DNA from: an uncultured Collinsella sp.
GTDB lineage: Bacteria > Actinomycetota > Coriobacteriia > Coriobacteriales > Coriobacteriaceae
Length of the DNA stretch: 64,000 nt
Assembly: GCA_900550415.1 (NCBI GenBank)
Contig: URSO01000002.1
Span: forward strand, 3,657 to 67,656
Direction: 5' to 3'
The notes beneath the pieces are model-generated. The model was not told where the DNA came from. It searched no databases and was given only the letters and a program-made list of their open reading frames with translations. Below, in pieces: positions 59,029 to 64,000 of the stretch; position 1 is the first letter of the stretch, and each line of letters begins with the position of its first letter. The translations under genes were made by a program, and so were the position numbers.

Positions 59029-59064
59029 AACGGCCTCGCACCTCTTATGAGATGCGAGGCCGTT
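59029..59064. terminator. Hairpin between convergent genes
   Basis: AACGGCCTCGCA...TGCGAGGCCGTT. Confidence 0.7.
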
Positions 59065-59086
59065 GTCGTCAATGGCTGGTGGCGTG

Positions 59087-61315
59087 TTAGAAGTTGGCGT
59101 CGTTGAACTGGGTGCTCTCGAGTCCGTCGAGTTGCTGTTCGGGCGTATCGGCGACGCTCTCGAGCAGCTCGGTGGGATCGACGTTCATGCTCTTGCCGGC
59201 CTCGTTGCCGTTGACCAAGTCGTCCGAGAAGATGTCGACCTCCATTTCCTCGGCCTCTTCGATCTGAACCTCGAGCGGCACCTGGGTGCGCACAAGTTTG
59301 ACGGCCGGGCGCATGCGGGCAAAGAGCGGTACGTACTCAATGATGATGGCCGAGTTCTCGAGACCGTACCAGCGTGCCGGGCTTCCGCAGGCGCGGCGGA
59401 CGGCGTACTTGATGGCCATGACGCGATGGTCGTTGCGGTTGATGTCCGTTTCGGGGGCAAGCATCTTGCGCAGCATGCAAAAGCGGAAGTCGCCCACGTT
59501 GCCGCGTGTCTCGTAGATAGAGTAGGTGTGATGCTGCGGCGGCAGCTCGCCCGATGCCATCAAGTCGCCGACGATTTGGCGCAGGTAGGCATTAACGCGC
59601 TGGTTGACCTTAAAGCCCAAGTCCAGGCGCACGCGGAACAAAAAGTCCGTGCCAAAGGTCTCGACGGAATACTCGTGCGTATAGGGTTCATCGGTAACGT
59701 GCACGTTGATGAACCAGTATGCCTTGGCGCGCTTGGGATGTTTGTCCAGGATGGAATAGAGCACGTCGCGGTCGAGCGTGAGCGGATCGGGGCTGTTGGT
59801 GAGGAACACCAGATTGTCGGCGAGCACGGGGTAGGTCTCGTCGTTGCGCAGGCGGTTGAGCTGGTCGATGTACTTGGAGACGGGCAGCAGGATCGTCTGC
59901 GTGCGCTCGATGGCGGTGCCGCGGCGCCACACGTACATAAGGCCAAACAGCAGCGAGGCCAAGAAGATCATTACGTAGCCGCCGTCAAAGAACATGGTGA
60001 GGCACGAGGCGAAGAAGCACAGCTCAATGGCACCGAAGAGCAGGGCGAAGACGCAGGCGCCCAGCTTGTGCTTGAGGATGCCGGCGATATAGCTCGTCAG
60101 CAGCGTGGTGGTCATAAGCATGGTCACGGTAATGGCGAGGCCGTAGGCGCTCTCCATGCGCTCGGAGTTCTGGAACAGCAGCACAATGAAGATGCAGCCG
60201 ACCCACATGATGTTGTTGACGAGTGGAATATAGAGCTGGCCCTTGGTGTCGCTGGGGTAGTGGATGCGCAGGTGCGGCATAAGGTTGAGGCGCGTTGCCT
60301 CGGATACCAGCGAGAACGAGCCGGTGATGAGCGCCTGTGAGGCGATGATGGCCGCCACGGCCGAAAGCACGATGGCAAAGGGGCGTAGGGGCTCGGGGAG
60401 CATCATATAGAACGGGTTGACGATATCCATCGCGAGCATCTGGGGGTTGGAGTTATTGGCGAGTAGCCAAGCTCCCTGACCCAGATAGTTGAGGATAAGG
60501 GCCGCCTTAACAAATGGCCAGGATGCATAGATGTTTGCCTTGCCCACGTGGCCCATGTCCGAGTAGAGTGCCTCGGCACCGGTTGTCGACAGGAAGACAA
60601 AGCCGAGCACCATAATGCCCGAATGGTTGATGGGCGAGAACAGGAACATAATGCCGCGGATGGGGTTGAGCGCGCGCAAGATGGACAGGTTGCCGAGCAT
60701 GTTGAACAGACCGGCGCCTGCCAGGAACAGGAACCACAGCGTCATGAGCGGGCCGAAGAGCTTGCCGATTGACGAGGTGCCGGCGCGCTGCATGGCAAAT
60801 AGGCCGCAGATAATGATGATGGTGATGATGATGACGTTGGTCTGGCCGTCGCCCAGCAGCGCATGGCCCCATTCGATGGTGCGCAGACCCTCGATGGCTG
60901 TGGTGACCGTGACGGCGGGGGTGAGGATGCCGTCGGCGAGCAGCGCCGCGCCGCCGATCATGGCGGGCAGAATCAGCCATGGTGCCACCTTGCGTACGAG
61001 GCTGAACAGGGCGAAGATGCCGCCTTCGTTGTGGTTGTCGGCCTTCATGGCGATTACCACGTACTTGACCGTGGTCACGAGCGTCATGGTCCAGATGACG
61101 AGCGAAAGCGCGCCCAGGATCATGTCCTCGCTGACGGTACCGATGCCGCCGTTGTTGGCGACGATTGATTTCATGGTGTACATGGGGCTCGTGCCGATGT
61201 CGCCATAGACGACGCCGAGCGTTACGAGCAGCATGCCAGCGGAGAGGGGGATGGCTCCGTGCCCGCCTTGCCCGCGCTGGTCTTGGAGGTTTGCCTCCAG
61301 TTTGTTGTGTGCCAC
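59087..61315 (-). CDS. kup: KUP/HAK/KT potassium transporter
   Basis: GVVYGDIGTSP.Y, EGG.FAL, DG.LTPA, TGAEALY.DMGH, AYG; GTG start after AAGGGAG (ORF open from 61333). Confidence 0.95.
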   Translation of the reverse strand: MAHNKLEANLQDQRGQGGHGAIPLSAGMLLVTLGVVYGDIGTSPMYTMKSIVANNGGIGTVSEDMILGALSLVIWTMTLVTTVKYVVIAMKADNHNEGGIFALFSLVRKVAPWLILPAMIGGAALLADGILTPAVTVTTAIEGLRTIEWGHALLGDGQTNVIIITIIIICGLFAMQRAGTSSIGKLFGPLMTLWFLFLAGAGLFNMLGNLSILRALNPIRGIMFLFSPINHSGIMVLGFVFLSTTGAEALYSDMGHVGKANIYASWPFVKAALILNYLGQGAWLLANNSNPQMLAMDIVNPFYMMLPEPLRPFAIVLSAVAAIIASQALITGSFSLVSEATRLNLMPHLRIHYPSDTKGQLYIPLVNNIMWVGCIFIVLLFQNSERMESAYGLAITVTMLMTTTLLTSYIAGILKHKLGACVFALLFGAIELCFFASCLTMFFDGGYVMIFLASLLFGLMYVWRRGTAIERTQTILLPVSKYIDQLNRLRNDETYPVLADNLVFLTNSPDPLTLDRDVLYSILDKHPKRAKAYWFINVHVTDEPYTHEYSVETFGTDFLFRVRLDLGFKVNQRVNAYLRQIVGDLMASGELPPQHHTYSIYETRGNVGDFRFCMLRKMLAPETDINRNDHRVMAIKYAVRRACGSPARWYGLENSAIIIEYVPLFARMRPAVKLVRTQVPLEVQIEEAEEMEVDIFSDDLVNGNEAGKSMNVDPTELLESVADTPEQQLDGLESTQFNDANF

Positions 61316-61472
61316 GAGGACTCCCTTAGACATCCGGTTATCTGTCTAGGACAAAAAACTTTATGCCGTCTTTATACATACAAGAGCAGTTTGGCACATC
61401 GGGTTATTTTAGACAATAATCCTCAGCTGGGGATTATTTATCTACGCAGGTAGCATTTCAAAGCAGGGGCTT

Positions 61473-62384
61473 TTAAGCACGTGCTGTCTGGGCGATGCCA
61501 GCCTTGGCGTTTGCGCGTTTGCCGGCGAGTTCGCAAAAAATCGCGCCGCCGATGATAAGCGCGGCGCCCATCAGGCGGACCGGTGTTATGGCTTCACCCA
61601 AAAGGGCGGCCGAGAACACGACCGCCGAAAGCGGCTCGAGGTAGCCGACGACGGCGACGGTCTGGACGGGCAGCTTGGCGACGGCGCTAAAGTAGAGCAG
61701 GCAACCAATGCCGGTGTTGACGACGCCGAGCATAGCGACGGCGCGCCAATCAATGCTGGCGGCGACGCCGGCGGACAGGAACGAGGGAGCGCCCTGCGTG
61801 ATGAGCGTGAGGGCCAGTGCGGTCACAAAGGCGGCGCTCACTTGGAGTGCGGAGTTCTCGAGGCCCTCGATGTGCGGCGCACCCTTGCTGGCGATGACCA
61901 TCAATGCATAGCAGAAGGCCGAGGCGATTCCACAGACGATGCCCGCAATGGGCATATTGCCGCCTAGACCTTGCGCTGCAATGAGAAAAGCACCGCAGGC
62001 GACGGCGACAAAGCCAGCGATTTTGCCGCCGGTCAGCTTTTCGCCAAAAATGAGCGGGGAGAGGGCCATAACGATGATGGGGCCACAGTAATACAACAGC
62101 GAGGAGATACCAACGCCGATCGTCTGATAGGCGCGGAACAGGAAAATCCAGCTGGCGCCCAGCGCGGCGCCCGAGACGATGAGCGCTGCGGCCTCGCGGG
62201 GGCGAGACGGAGCCTGCAGGTTATGGCGCTTGGTTATGAAGAGGATGGCGACAAGCGAGAGTGCGCCCAAAAACGTGCGGAGCAGCACGATATCGGAGCT
62301 CGGCAGCGCGATGGCAGCGGCGATGACGCCGTTGGAGCCAAACAATAGCAATGCTGCTAAGTACGTAAACAGTCCGTTGTTCAT
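61473..62384 (-). CDS. DMT/EamA family transporter
   Basis: About ten TM helices; YLEPLSA motif. Confidence 0.85.
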   Translation of the reverse strand: MNNGLFTYLAALLLFGSNGVIAAAIALPSSDIVLLRTFLGALSLVAILFITKRHNLQAPSRPREAAALIVSGAALGASWIFLFRAYQTIGVGISSLLYYCGPIIVMALSPLIFGEKLTGGKIAGFVAVACGAFLIAAQGLGGNMPIAGIVCGIASAFCYALMVIASKGAPHIEGLENSALQVSAAFVTALALTLITQGAPSFLSAGVAASIDWRAVAMLGVVNTGIGCLLYFSAVAKLPVQTVAVVGYLEPLSAVVFSAALLGEAITPVRLMGAALIIGGAIFCELAGKRANAKAGIAQTARA

Positions 62385-62467
62385 GCGCTGACATCCCTTC
62401 TATATCCGAGCATGTTCACTATGGGTGAGGTGGCTTTAGAATAAAAGCGAATATAATGCATGGATAA

Positions 62468-62484
62468 CATGACAAAAACTCATG
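62468..62484. promoter_or_regulatory. LysR-type operator
   Basis: CATGA-CAAAAAC-TCATG (T-N11-A) in the divergent intergenic region. Confidence 0.55.
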
Positions 62485-62502
62485 TAAAGGTGGAGGCGTG
62501 TC

Positions 62503-63360
62503 GTGGAAACGAATATTCAAAAGATGCAGGTGCTGCTGGAGACCGTGCGCGCCGGAAGCTTTACGCGTGCTGCCGAGCGCCTGAGCTATTCGCAATCGGG
62601 CGTGAGCCGTATGGTGGCCGATCTTGAGGCCGACTGGGGCTTTAAAGTGCTCGATAGAAGCCGCGAGGGCGTAGTGCTTTCTGCCGATGGGCGGCAAGTT
62701 ATGCCAGCGGTCGAGGCGTTATGCGAGGAATTTGTTCGTTTGCAGCGACGGGTGGATGAGATGCGTGGGCTCATGCGCGGCAAAATCTACATCGGTACGT
62801 TTTCGAGCGTGGCGACCCACGTGCTGCCGCCGGTGATCGCGCGCTTTCGCGCCGATCACCCGGACGTCGATTATGAGTTGCTGATGGGCGATTACTCAGA
62901 GATCGAACAATGGGTGGCAGAGGGTCGCTGCGATCTGGGCTTTATCCCGCGTGAGCCACGCGGCGCCGGCATGGCATCGCGGCCGTTGGTGCAAGACGAG
63001 CTGATGGCCGTGGTGCCAGCGGACTCCTCGCTTGCCACCGCGGAGGTCGTTTCCCTTGCCGATTTGGCCAACGAGCAGTTTATTCTGCTGGAACGCGGCA
63101 CCGATGACGAGATTACGCCGCTGTTTCGTCGGGCGGGACTGACAGTGCGATCAAAACTGTCGACCTGGGATGACTATGCGATTATGGCCATGGTCGAGGA
63201 CGGCCTGGGCGTGAGCATTCTTCCCGCGCTCATCTTGCGCCGCTGTCAGTTCGATGTTGCCGTGCGTTCGCTCGAGGGACATCCCCATCGGCAAATCAAT
63301 GCGATATATCGCACGACTGATGTTTCGCTTGCCGCTGCCCGATTCCTTGAATACCTCTAA
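62503..63360 (+). CDS. LysR family regulator, divergent from the DMT gene
   Basis: GSFTRAAE.LSYSQS.VSR HTH; DDYAIMAMVE.GLGVS. Confidence 0.93.
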   Translation: METNIQKMQVLLETVRAGSFTRAAERLSYSQSGVSRMVADLEADWGFKVLDRSREGVVLSADGRQVMPAVEALCEEFVRLQRRVDEMRGLMRGKIYIGTFSSVATHVLPPVIARFRADHPDVDYELLMGDYSEIEQWVAEGRCDLGFIPREPRGAGMASRPLVQDELMAVVPADSSLATAEVVSLADLANEQFILLERGTDDEITPLFRRAGLTVRSKLSTWDDYAIMAMVEDGLGVSILPALILRRCQFDVAVRSLEGHPHRQINAIYRTTDVSLAAARFLEYL

Positions 63361-63462
63361 ACGTGTATACGTCATTGTCCGCCTTGGGCAAATCTTGGGG
63401 TTCGGTACATTTTCTTATGAAATTGAACTTTCGAATGAGGTGCCGCGCTATACTGCTGCCTA

Positions 63463-63482
63463 AATTGAACCTTAGTTCAATT
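63463..63482 (+). promoter_or_regulatory. Probable operator of the HTH-aminotransferase
   Basis: AATTGAAC-CTTA-GTTCAATT palindrome, with extra AATTGAAC half-sites at 63421 and 63494. Confidence 0.6.
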
Positions 63483-63522
63483 CGTGTTCTATAAATTGAA
63501 CTTTGCCAGCAAGGAGGTTCCT

Positions 63523-64000
63523 GTGGCCCAAGAGACGTTTAGCGATCGCCTGCGACAGGCTATGTCCGATCGCGATGTTCGACAGTCGGACGTGATTCGT
63601 GCATCGGAGATGTTCGGCAAAAAACTCGGTAAGAGTCAGATGAGCCAATATGTGAGCGGCAAGACGATCCCGCGGCGCGATGTGGCAGAGCTGCTCGCCC
63701 GCATTTTGGAGGTCGATGTTACCTGGCTGCTCGCCGGTGACGCCGATCAAAGCGAGGCATCATCGCCCCGCAACGTTTCCAGGCCCGAACCCCATCCCTC
63801 AGCTCAAATTCCAAGGAGCGCCACCATGCGTGCTTTTTCTAAATCCACCAAGCTCGATAACGTCCTGTATGACGTGCGCGGTCCTGTCGTCGACGAGGCC
63901 GCCCGTATGGAGGACGAGGGCGAGCGCATCCTCAAGCTCAACATCGGCAATCCGGCACCCTTTGGTTTCCGCACGCCCGATGAGGTCATTAAGGACATGC
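63523..64000 (+). CDS. Bifunctional XRE-HTH / alanine aminotransferase (AlaA-like), running off the window
   Basis: GTG after AAGGAGG; FSDRL..AM..R.VRQSD...KSQMSQYVSG HTH in frame with KS.KLDNV.YDVRGP...KLNIGNPAPFGF. Confidence 0.88.
   Translation, partial: MAQETFSDRLRQAMSDRDVRQSDVIRASEMFGKKLGKSQMSQYVSGKTIPRRDVAELLARILEVDVTWLLAGDADQSEASSPRNVSRPEPHPSAQIPRSATMRAFSKSTKLDNVLYDVRGPVVDEAARMEDEGERILKLNIGNPAPFGFRTPDEVIKDM

Noticed and set aside
61334..61470. c-di-AMP (ydaO) riboswitch upstream of kup
   Set aside because: The region is short and lacks the GCUGAA / GGAA core elements

Overview
GC-rich chromosomal window. By inference from composition and gene content it comes from a gut Coriobacteriia bacterium, most like Collinsella. 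It is mostly housekeeping and accessory genes: prfC, ung, trmL, rsmJ-like, rlmA-like, a TPP-riboswitch thiM-thiamine-binding protein-thiE operon, a MetE-like enzyme with a LysR regulator, bsh, kup, NCS2/MATE/DMT transporters, two GGDEF(/EAL) genes and an HTH-alanine aminotransferase fusion at the right edge. I found no rRNA, tRNA, CRISPR-Cas, integrase or intact transposase. The most notable unexplained structures are: (1) four near-identical 31-bp palindromes (ATGTGACAA-AGGGACNNNNCCT-TTGTCACAT) that bracket two paralogous AAA-ATPase/wHTH genes and a UvrA-like gene like single-gene cassettes, with three of them supplying a gene's stop codon; two other palindrome families here share the same 13-nt RGGGAC core; (2) a candidate preQ1-I riboswitch ahead of a VUT (queuosine-precursor) transporter plus SDR operon; (3) a hybrid kinase-MoxR-DUF58-transglutaminase(Cys>Ser)-LRR surface protein operon whose last gene is frameshifted at a G7 tract; (4) tandem sortase-anchored surface-protein paralogs duplicated together with the 3' end of the neighbouring NCS2 gene; (5) hairpin arrays with 80-bp and 62-bp periods; (6) an IS30 remnant beside a low-GC gene. 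All family assignments come from motif recognition by eye, not database searches.
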